Source: a virus. From it: DNA of 64,000 bases. The stretch is from positions 1 to 64,000 of the IMG/VR virus record IMGVR_UViG_3300042478_002320, one strand, 5' to 3'. Shown piece by piece: positions 50,025-58,481 of the stretch. The notes under the pieces were generated by a model that searched no databases, was not told the origin of the DNA, and saw only the letters and a list, made by a program, of their open reading frames with translations. Positions within the stretch are counted from its first letter, which is position 1; every line of letters starts with the position of its first letter. A program made the translations under genes and the position numbers.

Positions 50025-50288
50025 ATGAAAAATCAAAATCAGGTAGGATCCATTTACCTAAACGGTACAGTAGACGTAGCTGTAGACATTGACAACAGTT
50101 ATATCAAAATTCATATTGTAAACAATAAAACTAAAGAACTTATTGAAGGCTGCCACTTTCACTATAGTTCAGATAAGCTGAATAGGGATCTAAAAAACGA
50201 TATAAGGAAATACCTTATCGACACAACTTCGAGTAATAGCTATGCTGATACTATTATACATAATATAGTAAATCAGCTTAAAAAATAA
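50025..50288 (+). CDS. Hypothetical protein
   Basis: 87 aa; preceded by the array junction motif. Confidence 0.6.
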   Translation: MKNQNQVGSIYLNGTVDVAVDIDNSYIKIHIVNNKTKELIEGCHFHYSSDKLNRDLKNDIRKYLIDTTSSNSYADTIIHNIVNQLKK

Positions 50289-50310
50289 TTATATCATCGG
50301 TTTTCTTAGG

Positions 50311-50339
50311 GTGGGGGAGTCAGCTTCCCCACTTTTTTT
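50311..50339 (+). terminator. Rho-independent terminator closing the array operon
   Basis: GTGGGGGAG-TC-AGCTTCCCCAC hairpin + T7. Confidence 0.8.
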
Positions 50340-50405
50340 ATTTATTATTTGAGTATTCCGTATAAATCAACAAGTTTTATTTTTATCCCTATACACAAAT
50401 ATAAA

Positions 50406-50948
50406 TTAATATGGGTCATATTTAATTTCTTCAATAGTTATAGAATCATCATTAAATAATATATAATCATTTACACTACTTTTTAACCCATCTATACCAT
50501 TATTAAATAAAAATGAAGATGCTTTTTTATCACTACCTAAAATTCTTGATAAAGTTTTATAAAATATAAAACCCGTATAAGAAAATTCAACAACTTCATC
50601 AGATTTTTTATTATAGTCATTAAGTGCTTCTACAATTTTATTAACTATATATTCTTCAACAGGTTCCTTTAGATCTAATAAAAAGTATTCTTTTTTATTA
50701 TTAAAAAGTTTTACTTTATATATGTAATCACCATACTGTTTATTTGGTATATTTTCTGAAAAATAAAGTCCATATCCATATCTTTGCCTATTACCATCAG
50801 CACTAATATTTGATATATTAAACTTATTAAACATTTTTGGACTTCTATGATAAGCTATTATTTCTTCCGTAAATTGATTGGTTTTCTCATTCAAATATTC
50901 TCGGATTGTTTCATTTGTAATTGTTTCAAGAATGGTTTTGAGTTTCAT
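50406..50948 (-). CDS. ADP-ribosyltransferase-like protein (polyvalent-protein ART type)
   Basis: YH.S...F..F, YGYGLYFSE, YG.YIY.V.L, GIDG, YILF. Confidence 0.65.
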   Translation of the reverse strand: MKLKTILETITNETIREYLNEKTNQFTEEIIAYHRSPKMFNKFNISNISADGNRQRYGYGLYFSENIPNKQYGDYIYKVKLFNNKKEYFLLDLKEPVEEYIVNKIVEALNDYNKKSDEVVEFSYTGFIFYKTLSRILGSDKKASSFLFNNGIDGLKSSVNDYILFNDDSITIEEIKYDPY

Positions 50949-50979
50949 ATAGAGGTATATATACTTTAATAATCTAAAA

Positions 50980-51288
50980 CTACTTCATTGTAGTTGTTTT
51001 CTTACTAAAATCTGTCTTGTATATAGTATTTAAAATATCATCAATATCTAATTTATTTTCTCCCGATAAATATTTTACACTTATGTCCCTCTTATTATAC
51101 TTGTATTTGAATGGAGCATCTTTCGTAGATTTAATAGAAACGTCAGATGTGAGCCCTCCTGATCCCATATCATAGTCCATAGAAGGTTTAGATATATTGA
51201 TATCTATAAATTTCTTAAAAGTTTCAAAATCATATTCTGATAACTTTCTCTCTGTTAACACACTTGCTAATCCTGCTAATCTTATCAT
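50980..51288 (-). CDS. Putative internal head protein
   Basis: MIRLAGLASVLTE; TATTTATA upstream. Confidence 0.55.
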   Translation of the reverse strand: MIRLAGLASVLTERKLSEYDFETFKKFIDINISKPSMDYDMGSGGLTSDVSIKSTKDAPFKYKYNKRDISVKYLSGENKLDIDDILNTIYKTDFSKKTTTMK

Positions 51289-51630
51289 TTTTTTTGTTTT
51301 ACTATAAATATCAAATTATATAATAAAAAGTTAAGTATGCTGAACATTTATGCATAATTAAAATATAAAGAATATAATTGCAAATCAGGAGAAGGTAGAG
51401 ATGGGATGGAGGAAATGAGGAGGGGGGAGGGTAGGCTTAACATACTTTTGAAAGTGTCTGTCTAACACCCTAATCCCCCAATAAAAAAAATTGACCTCGA
51501 TATGAAAACGTATCTGCCCAAGATCCGGCCCTGCCCCCCTCCCTATAACCACGAAACCCCCCTACCTCCCCCTATTTTTAAACGTCGGATCCCTTGCTGC
51601 CATTGAGTCCTATCGTTTAAAAATTAAATC

Positions 51631-51740
51631 TGTATTTTTAAATATTGGTATATTTAAATATTGATTTCTTAAATATTGAATTCTTAAATATTCATTTTTT
51701 AAATATAGCATTCTTAAATATTGTATTTTTAAATATTGGT
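51631..51740. repeat. Seven tandem 15-16 bp repeats with TTAAATAT core (iteron-like)
   Basis: tgtatttttaaatat / tggtatatttaaatat / tgatttcttaaatat / tgaattcttaaatat / tcattttttaaatat / agcattcttaaatat / tgtatttttaaatat. Confidence 0.8.
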
Positions 51741-51783
51741 AATTTCATAGTTAGGACAGACAGATATACTCAAGGTGTAATTT

Positions 51784-51874
51784 GTCCCATATTTTGATTC
51801 TAACGAATGATTAAGTCCTGACTAATGTTGTACCCTACTTTATAATAAAAGTCTCTCAGATTCAAAATATGGAC
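51784..51874. repeat. Intergenic element A copy 1 (imperfect palindrome)
   Basis: ATATTTTGATTCTAACGAATGATT...AAAAGTCTCTCAGATTCAAAATAT; also at 52580 and 53483. Confidence 0.85.
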
Positions 51875-51897
51875 TTTGTATGGTATTGTATGGACAT

Positions 51898-51926
51898 AAA
51901 AAAAGGTAACCTTTTGGGTTACCTTT
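51898..51926 (-). terminator. Repeated intrinsic terminator (also 52694, 53593, 54125)
   Basis: AAGGTAACC-CAAAA-GGTTACC + T-run on minus strand, four identical copies. Confidence 0.85.
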
Positions 51927-51949
51927 ATTCTCCGGGTAGTGGTGGTAGA

Positions 51950-52477
51950 TTAATAAAATAGTTCTTCTTCAAGTCTACGTTTCTCACTATAAACAGAACA
52001 ATACTTGTCAATCATATGTACTTTAAGAACATCAGCACCTAATTCTAATACCTGTGCTACTGATTCTAAAGGATACGCATCATTTCTGTAATGTTCTCTC
52101 CAATGTTTCATAATATTTACCTTACCTTTGAAATCATAGGATAGTTTTCTACTACCCTCTTCTAAAGAAAGTTTAAACCAAATAGTTATACTCGCCCTCC
52201 CGTGGCCGAAATAATAACTACAATCTATTCCCTTTGTGTTTCTAAAATATGTAAGTTGAGTTTTAATAGATGGCTGATTTTGTATAAGACCTAATTCTTT
52301 TATGTAAGAATTCAACTTAGTTTCGTAATCTAATACTAAATCTCTGAATTTGAAGTAAACTTTATAGTTATACTCCTCGATGTCTGCGGATTCATTATTT
52401 GATTCGCTAATTATCTTCTTTAGATAATCGAATTTAGATAAATCTACGTTTCCGTCGTTTGCTCTGATAGTGTACAT
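51950..52477 (-). CDS. Early-cassette hypothetical protein
   Basis: 175 aa between promoter 52515 and terminator 51898. Confidence 0.7.
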   Translation of the reverse strand: MYTIRANDGNVDLSKFDYLKKIISESNNESADIEEYNYKVYFKFRDLVLDYETKLNSYIKELGLIQNQPSIKTQLTYFRNTKGIDCSYYFGHGRASITIWFKLSLEEGSRKLSYDFKGKVNIMKHWREHYRNDAYPLESVAQVLELGADVLKVHMIDKYCSVYSEKRRLEEELFY

Positions 52478-52514
52478 AATATTTAGTAGTTTAGTGGTTA
52501 AAAAAAGTTCGCTG

Positions 52515-52548
52515 CAAAGATAATAACATTGTTTTCAAAAAGTCAAGT
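52515..52548 (-). promoter_or_regulatory. Bacteroidota sigma70-type promoter (TTG -33 / TATCTTTG -7), repeated at 53423, 53930, 54937, 56922, 58428
   Basis: Minus strand ACTTGACTTTTTGAAAACAATGTTATTATCTTTGCAGCGAA. Confidence 0.8.
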
Positions 52549-52579
52549 CCTTTCCCAAAATTTTTTTAAAATATTTTTT

Positions 52580-52672
52580 AGCCATATATTTTGATTCTAA
52601 CGAATGATTAAGTCCTGACCAATGTCCAATACCAAAAATATATAAAAGTCTCTCAGATTCAAAATATAGGCT
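52580..52672. repeat. Intergenic element A copy 2
   Basis: Same core; outer stem AGCC/GGCT. Confidence 0.85.
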
Positions 52673-52739
52673 TTATACGGTTAGTATAGGCACAAAAAAA
52701 AGGTAACCTTTTGGGTTACCTTTATTCTCCGGGTAGTGG

Positions 52740-53057
52740 TTAGTTAGTTCCTATTTCTCTCAAAAGATAATCTATATCAACTATATCCGAGAATTCATAA
52801 CTATATTCATCGTAATCAATTGGATTATGGATTTCAAAATGTATGTCCATACCCTCAGGGGAAAACACAATGCATCCATATATATCATCGTCTTTATCAA
52901 AAATATCATTTCTCATAGACAAATCATACATATCTAAAGTTTCCTTTATGAGATATGCCGTTCTGTCTTGATTGACTGAAATTGTGTTTCCATTCAGAAC
53001 AAAGTTTATATTACAGTAAACATTGTCTTTAACTTGAAAATTTAATAGTGCTAACAT
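52740..53057 (-). CDS. Early-cassette acidic hypothetical protein
   Basis: 105 aa. Confidence 0.65.
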   Translation of the reverse strand: MLALLNFQVKDNVYCNINFVLNGNTISVNQDRTAYLIKETLDMYDLSMRNDIFDKDDDIYGCIVFSPEGMDIHFEIHNPIDYDEYSYEFSDIVDIDYLLREIGTN

Positions 53058-53078
53058 ATTTTTTTGATTTAGTGGTTT

Positions 53079-53396
53079 TTAATTACCGCTTAATAAATAT
53101 TCTAATACACTATCAGCAAAGTGTATTTCCTCTCCTTCTATAATATCTAAAATAACTCTCAAAAGTAAATCTATTGGAATATAATTCCAATTTAGATGAA
53201 TATCTTTTAGGGTTATCACCTTTCCGCTATAGGTTACAGTTACGTTTTTTTTGTTTATCAACTTGAAAAAGTTTTCTTCATCAACTTGTTCACCGTTTGA
53301 TGACTCAAGGTAGTTAATAACATCCCTTGAATAGGATAGTAAATTAGATACTACTTGATTTTTTTCTTTTCTGTTCATTGAGATATCTATTCTCAT
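53079..53396 (-). CDS. Early-cassette hypothetical protein
   Basis: 105 aa after promoter 53423. Confidence 0.65.
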   Translation of the reverse strand: MRIDISMNRKEKNQVVSNLLSYSRDVINYLESSNGEQVDEENFFKLINKKNVTVTYSGKVITLKDIHLNWNYIPIDLLLRVILDIIEGEEIHFADSVLEYLLSGN

Positions 53397-53482
53397 AATT
53401 GTTTAGTGGTTTTGATTCGCTGCAAAGATAACAACATTATTTTGATATATGCAAGTCATTTCCCAAACTTTTTTTTTATCCG

Positions 53483-53566
53483 TATATTTCGATTCTAACG
53501 AATGATTATATTCTGACTAATGTCTGATACTATAAGTATATAAAAGTCTCTCAGATTCAAAATATG
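53483..53566. repeat. Intergenic element A copy 3
   Basis: Same core with a few substitutions. Confidence 0.8.
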
Positions 53567-53643
53567 AGCTTTTTATGGTATTGTATGGACATAAAAAAAG
53601 GTAACCTTTTGGGTTACCTTTATTTGTGGTGATGGGGGGGGGA

Positions 53644-53904
53644 CTATTTGTTAAATATTATATCAGACATACGCTTTCGATTATTGATTTCGTCTGATGC
53701 AATAGCATCTATCAATTGTCCAAGTAGTTCAACAGTTCTAAAACTATATATATTTTTATCGGATTCCCTATGGTTTGCAACACAATGGTTTGCAACACAT
53801 CTTAATGAATCCAAAATACAAGGATTTCCCCCGTGTAACTTTACTGATGCAATTGCAAAATCTAAAAAATTAGATGTTTCGTTTTCTAAAGAATCTACTG
53901 TCAT
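53644..53904 (-). CDS. Early-cassette hypothetical protein
   Basis: 86 aa after promoter 53930; internal VANH duplication. Confidence 0.65.
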   Translation of the reverse strand: MTVDSLENETSNFLDFAIASVKLHGGNPCILDSLRCVANHCVANHRESDKNIYSFRTVELLGQLIDAIASDEINNRKRMSDIIFNK

Positions 53905-54082
53905 TTTTTTGTGGTTTTAATAATTTTAGCAAAGATAACAACATTGTTCTGAGAAAATCAATATTCTCTTTAGTTAAAATTTTGTTAAGGTATTGTGGAA
54001 TTTCCTATACCTAACTTTAGGTATGAGGGTAGTACCTAAGATCAGGTAGGGATCCATAGGCCGGATCCGCAGCAGCAACCAC

Positions 54083-54123
54083 AACACGCAATTATCTCAT
54101 TTGTGGAAATACCTTATAGGTAA
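54083..54123. repeat. Intergenic element B (copies at 54083, 55072, 55891, 57050)
   Basis: AACACGCAATTAT(C/A)TCATTT-N7-TACCTTATAGGTAA. Confidence 0.85.
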
Positions 54124-54178
54124 TAAAAAAAGGTAACCTTTTGGGTTACCTTTATTCTCCGGGTATGTGGGCAGACTT

Positions 54179-54586
54179 TTAACCGTATACCACCTTACCA
54201 AAAAATACAGTTTGCAAAATAACATCTCCTGTAACTGCATCATCTTCTTCATTTATCATTTGCAGAAGATATTCAGAAGGTGAGTGCTGAACCTTTTTAT
54301 GGATATCTTCTAAGGTTATAACTAATATTACAGAATCTTCTACCTCACTACAATCTTCTTCAATCGTTATGATATTACCATCTTTGAGAATCTGCAATAG
54401 TACATCTTCATAGCATACACTTGTATCTTTTAATTTTGATTTAGCACTCTCATAATCGTCTGTATGGTATCCTATTGATAATCCATAACTCGTACATATG
54501 TATGTTAGAGAGTTGCATAAAGCATTGAAGAATATCTCCTCACTTAGTTCAGGAGTTAATGAGATTTGTAAACCTTGCTTGTTCAT
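54179..54586 (-). CDS. Early-cassette hypothetical protein
   Basis: 135 aa; C-terminal DDA.TGDVILQ.V.FG.VVYG conserved-looking motif. Confidence 0.7.
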   Translation of the reverse strand: MNKQGLQISLTPELSEEIFFNALCNSLTYICTSYGLSIGYHTDDYESAKSKLKDTSVCYEDVLLQILKDGNIITIEEDCSEVEDSVILVITLEDIHKKVQHSPSEYLLQMINEEDDAVTGDVILQTVFFGKVVYG

Positions 54587-54617
54587 AATATTATTAGTTT
54601 ATGTGGTTTAATGGTGA

Positions 54618-54908
54618 TTACTTTTTTACAAAAACACTATATGTATATCTATTCCTATGATTATTGGCAACATAGGGAGTTTCATAAACACATTGGGTTT
54701 CCTCATCCCATTCCTGAAATCCGAAATCATAGTTCAGATTGAACTCTTCGAATAGGTTTAGGACAGACATAAGCCTATCTTCTTCCCACATATAAAAGTA
54801 CATATCTGTTTCTACTTGAGGTGGTTTTGCGCTATCATCACATTTGATGTAATAACCGAATTTTAAATCTAATTTGGACTCTAAGGTCTCTACGAATTCT
54901 TTTGTCAT
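54618..54908 (-). CDS. Early-cassette hypothetical protein
   Basis: Start re-placed at ATG 54908 (MTKEF), downstream of promoter 54937. Confidence 0.65.
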   Translation of the reverse strand: MTKEFVETLESKLDLKFGYYIKCDDSAKPPQVETDMYFYMWEEDRLMSVLNLFEEFNLNYDFGFQEWDEETQCVYETPYVANNHRNRYTYSVFVKK

Positions 54909-55174
54909 AATAATATGGTTTAGTTTAAGTTCGCTGCAAAGATAACAACATTGTTCTGAGAAAATCAATACCCTGTTTAGTTAAAATTTTGTTAAGGATC
55001 CGTTAAGGGTTTGTTAACGGTCTTGGGGGGGGGTGCCCCCCTCTTAGGGATCTAAATGCAGCAGTTACTGTAACACGCAATTATCTCATTTGTCCAAGTA
55101 CCTTATAGGTAAATTACAAAAGGCAGCCTTTTAGACTGCCTTCCTTAGTTATGCGATTGGGTTCACCCGATTTT

Positions 55175-55738
55175 TTAGTTTTTGTGGTGAATATCAAATT
55201 TGTCTAATCTTATTTCAGTTATTGACTGTATCTTTGGGCAGATGACTTTTACATCGTGTTCAATACCCGCCAATTTTTGCTTGAGAGATTCACCCTTTGG
55301 TGGTAGTATTGAAACTATGTCCTTGTAGGCTATCTCTACATCGTTTACATAGTACTTAGTTTCTATAGTACTATTTTTTGAGAATGTGAATTGTGCGTAA
55401 TGTAAACCTGTAGGTGGGTAGTATTTAACAATGTCGCTGATCCGTACAGCACCTTTCCACAATGGTGATGACTGCCAAGTAGAGAAATCTAATCCCTCTT
55501 TACGCATAGTGGTCTCAATCGCTTTAAGGTAACTCCTATTTGCACAGAAGATATAATTTGCTACTTTTACAAGTTTACCCCCTAAAAGAGCTTGTGCTTT
55601 TTTGGATAGTTTCACCTCAGTCTTTAAGGTAACACCTGTAAATGGCATTCCTTGGATACTTTTTAGATAATTTACTAATTGGTCTTCATTCATTACGATG
55701 ACCTTTCTCTCAATGATGGTAGTAGTGGTAGTATTCAT
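55175..55738 (-). CDS. Early-cassette hypothetical protein
   Basis: 187 aa with own promoter and terminator. Confidence 0.7.
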   Translation of the reverse strand: MNTTTTTIIERKVIVMNEDQLVNYLKSIQGMPFTGVTLKTEVKLSKKAQALLGGKLVKVANYIFCANRSYLKAIETTMRKEGLDFSTWQSSPLWKGAVRISDIVKYYPPTGLHYAQFTFSKNSTIETKYYVNDVEIAYKDIVSILPPKGESLKQKLAGIEHDVKVICPKIQSITEIRLDKFDIHHKN

Positions 55739-56041
55739 ATGGTTGTTTTGATTTTAATTCTCTGCAAATATCTATACTATTCTATTCAAATGCAAATGTA
55801 CTTATGTTAAGATTATGTTAATGTTTAGATCCACCCCACCGGGGGGGGGGCAGGGCCGGATCTTAGGGATCTAAATGCAGCAGTTACTGTAACACGCAAT
55901 TATCTCATTTCATCAAGTACCTTATAGGTAAATCAAAAATGGGAGACTAAGAGCCTCCCATCAAACTAAACCACTAAGTAATCAATCATATCTTTGGGGG
56001 ATGATGAGTTCACCAATCCCCCCTACGTAACTATATATAGA

Positions 56042-56890
56042 CTATAACAGTATCTCTGCTTCCTCAAACAACCTTCTGTTGATTGTCTGTAACTTGGTCA
56101 TATCCTGTAGTTTCTTAGCCTTACGGAATCTGATTCCATCTTCAGTACTTCTGTGGCTAAGGAATCCTCCCTCTACTACCTTCTCCTGAACTACATTTAA
56201 TACAGTCCATAAGTTGATACCTTCGTCCTCTCTTCTCTTAGTCCATAGCATGGAATCTAAAGTGAGGGATTCTACACTACCTATGTAATCTGCAACACCC
56301 TCTTCAGGTATGTTATTTCTGATGGCTAATGCCTTTGCTGCGAATGTCCTTGCCTCGGTGATGGTTAGAACCTTGTTCTGCATCTTGTGAATAGGCTCCA
56401 AGGAATCAACAATCTTAGACACCAACTTGAACATGGTCTCTCTCAAAGACTCCATGGTATAGTCAGTATGCTTAATCCTGAAGCCATCTGAGAATGACTC
56501 ATTATTAATTTTTACAGGTACAGACAGTCCGTTCTCACATACTAAGCGGAATAGACCCGCATAGAACCTGAAGGATGACTTTCCATCGTGTGAGTTGATG
56601 AATGTTACCTGTGGGTATATTACGTCATCTCTCATTCCCTCCTCTGTAGCTTTCTTAATAACGATAGGTTTGTTAATCCTGAACTCTACCTTATGCTGCC
56701 CGTATGGGTTAGTGGTCTTAGACCTCTTCTGCTTTGCAGCTACAGGTGTCCAACCCAACTGAATCATATCCTCTATTACTTGCATAGAAGATATGAATGT
56801 GTATCTTTTAGATACTGTAGATACGGCTCCCGCACTTTTGATGGCAGGTGCTAATGAGATTAAATTCTGTAAGTTTAGTTCGTTAATCAT
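56042..56890 (-). CDS. DUF932/DUF945-family protein
   Basis: S.RY.F, NSHDGKSSFRFYAGLFRLVCENGL, RREDEG.NLW.V.NVVQE. Confidence 0.8.
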   Translation of the reverse strand: MINELNLQNLISLAPAIKSAGAVSTVSKRYTFISSMQVIEDMIQLGWTPVAAKQKRSKTTNPYGQHKVEFRINKPIVIKKATEEGMRDDVIYPQVTFINSHDGKSSFRFYAGLFRLVCENGLSVPVKINNESFSDGFRIKHTDYTMESLRETMFKLVSKIVDSLEPIHKMQNKVLTITEARTFAAKALAIRNNIPEEGVADYIGSVESLTLDSMLWTKRREDEGINLWTVLNVVQEKVVEGGFLSHRSTEDGIRFRKAKKLQDMTKLQTINRRLFEEAEILL

Positions 56891-56998
56891 AACAATGTTT
56901 TTTTTTGGTTGATTGTTGATGCAAATCTACAACATTAGTTTGCACAATTGCAAGTACCCATATGTTAAGATTATGTTAATGTTTAGATCCACCCCACC

Positions 56999-57019
56999 GG
57001 GGAGGGGGGAGGGGAGGGG
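56999..57019 (+). other. Potential G-quadruplex
   Basis: GGGG-A-GGGGGG-A-GGGG-A-GGGG. Confidence 0.7.
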
Positions 57020-57156
57020 AGGATCCACTCCGAAAGTGTGCAAAGATTAAACACGCAATTATATCATTTCATCAAGTACCTTATAGGTAAATCAAAAATG
57101 GAGGATCATAAAGACCCTCCATCAACACAATGACAACGAAAAAGCAAAGCACACAC

Positions 57157-57480
57157 TTAAACCACAAAAACATGTATATCGTAAAAGTCTAAACAATCTT
57201 TATCATTTATACTCCTCTTATTCTTTTGATATAGATCCCTCCCTATGATGTTAAGGAAGTATGCCTGATCATTTAAATACTCTAAATATTTTATACCATC
57301 AACCTTGGAAGATAATTTAAAAATAGAATCAGATTCATGATCATCCATATATTTTAAATTATCATTTTTAATTATACTTTTTAAAATATTAAAATCATTT
57401 TCATTTTTAATTTTATATTTTATTTCAAAGTAATTGTATTTTAAATTAACAGACTTGTTGTCAGTAAAGGGTTTCATCAT
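57157..57480 (-). CDS. Hypothetical protein
   Basis: 107 aa. Confidence 0.55.
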   Translation of the reverse strand: MMKPFTDNKSVNLKYNYFEIKYKIKNENDFNILKSIIKNDNLKYMDDHESDSIFKLSSKVDGIKYLEYLNDQAYFLNIIGRDLYQKNKRSINDKDCLDFYDIHVFVV

Positions 57481-57624
57481 TTAAAATTTAAAATTTAAAA
57501 ATAGATTTCCTGTGAAAAAAAAGGGAGGGCGGGATGAAAACAGGGCAGATACACTCATTTTTTTCCATTGACATCCCCCTCCCTTAACACACACTTACAA
57601 GCATCAACCAAATAAACCTAAAAG

Positions 57625-57657
57625 TTATCCACATAGTTATCCACATAGTTATCCACA
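57625..57657 (+). promoter_or_regulatory. Three tandem perfect DnaA boxes
   Basis: TTATCCACA at 57625, 57637, 57649 (12-bp period). Confidence 0.8.
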
Positions 57658-57876
57658 TAATGTTAATAACATAACAAATACGTTAGTTATCAATTGTTTT
57701 GAGTTAATCCCCTCCCTCCTCACTACCCTCAGTATCTTAGACTCATATAATTTATTTGACACCACGATTAGTTTAATACACACTTTACTCTTTATACTCT
57801 TCATATTACTATATGGTTAAGTTTCCAATAAGCCCCCTCCCTTTGGTGGGGAGGGTGCTATACGATCTTAGTTTGT

Positions 57877-58152
57877 TTATTTCTTTATGTAGCAGATAGG
57901 GAATCCGTTCTGTGTTCTATGTGGATACTCTATTACGTTATTCTCTATAAGTACCTGTAGTATCCCTTCATTCTCTGAGTAGTCTTTTATAGCTACCTCT
58001 CCCTCCTGAAGATTCTCTATATACACTGTTGCCTTTGCTATAGGTGTATTGTCTTCTACATCTCTTAGTAGTATAGATTGTTTAGTACTGTCTGCTACAT
58101 AGGTACTCATCTCTACCTTACAGCTGAATGATTTGAATTGGATTGGGTTCAT
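57877..58152 (-). CDS. DUF4313-like hypothetical protein
   Basis: Y.....L.D....PIA.ATV...IKDYSENEG....LIE. Confidence 0.55.
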   Translation of the reverse strand: MNPIQFKSFSCKVEMSTYVADSTKQSILLRDVEDNTPIAKATVYIENLQEGEVAIKDYSENEGILQVLIENNVIEYPHRTQNGFPICYIKK

Positions 58153-58174
58153 CTCCGCAACTTTTTTTTGGTTT

Positions 58175-58390
58175 TTAATATAACTTGTTTCGTATCTTCT
58201 TTACCATATCGGAAAGTACTACATACAACATAGCAATTAATCCTAATACTATGAATATTCCGAATCTTATTAAGAGTGGTGATAGTACCCACCACCATGA
58301 CCAATCAATGGTATCAGTTAGTTTAAGTACTACAAATACTATGGTTAATACTATGATATAGTCTAACCCTTTTCCTGCATCTTTGTCCAT
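58175..58390 (-). CDS. Small membrane protein
   Basis: FVVLKLT..IDWSWWWVLSP. Confidence 0.7.
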   Translation of the reverse strand: MDKDAGKGLDYIIVLTIVFVVLKLTDTIDWSWWWVLSPLLIRFGIFIVLGLIAMLYVVLSDMVKKIRNKLY

Positions 58391-58481
58391 ATTTTGTTTT
58401 GTGATCAGTGATTATTTATAACAACAGCAAATATAATACAGTTTATTTAAAAAAACAAGTTTTTTAAAAAAAAATATAAAA

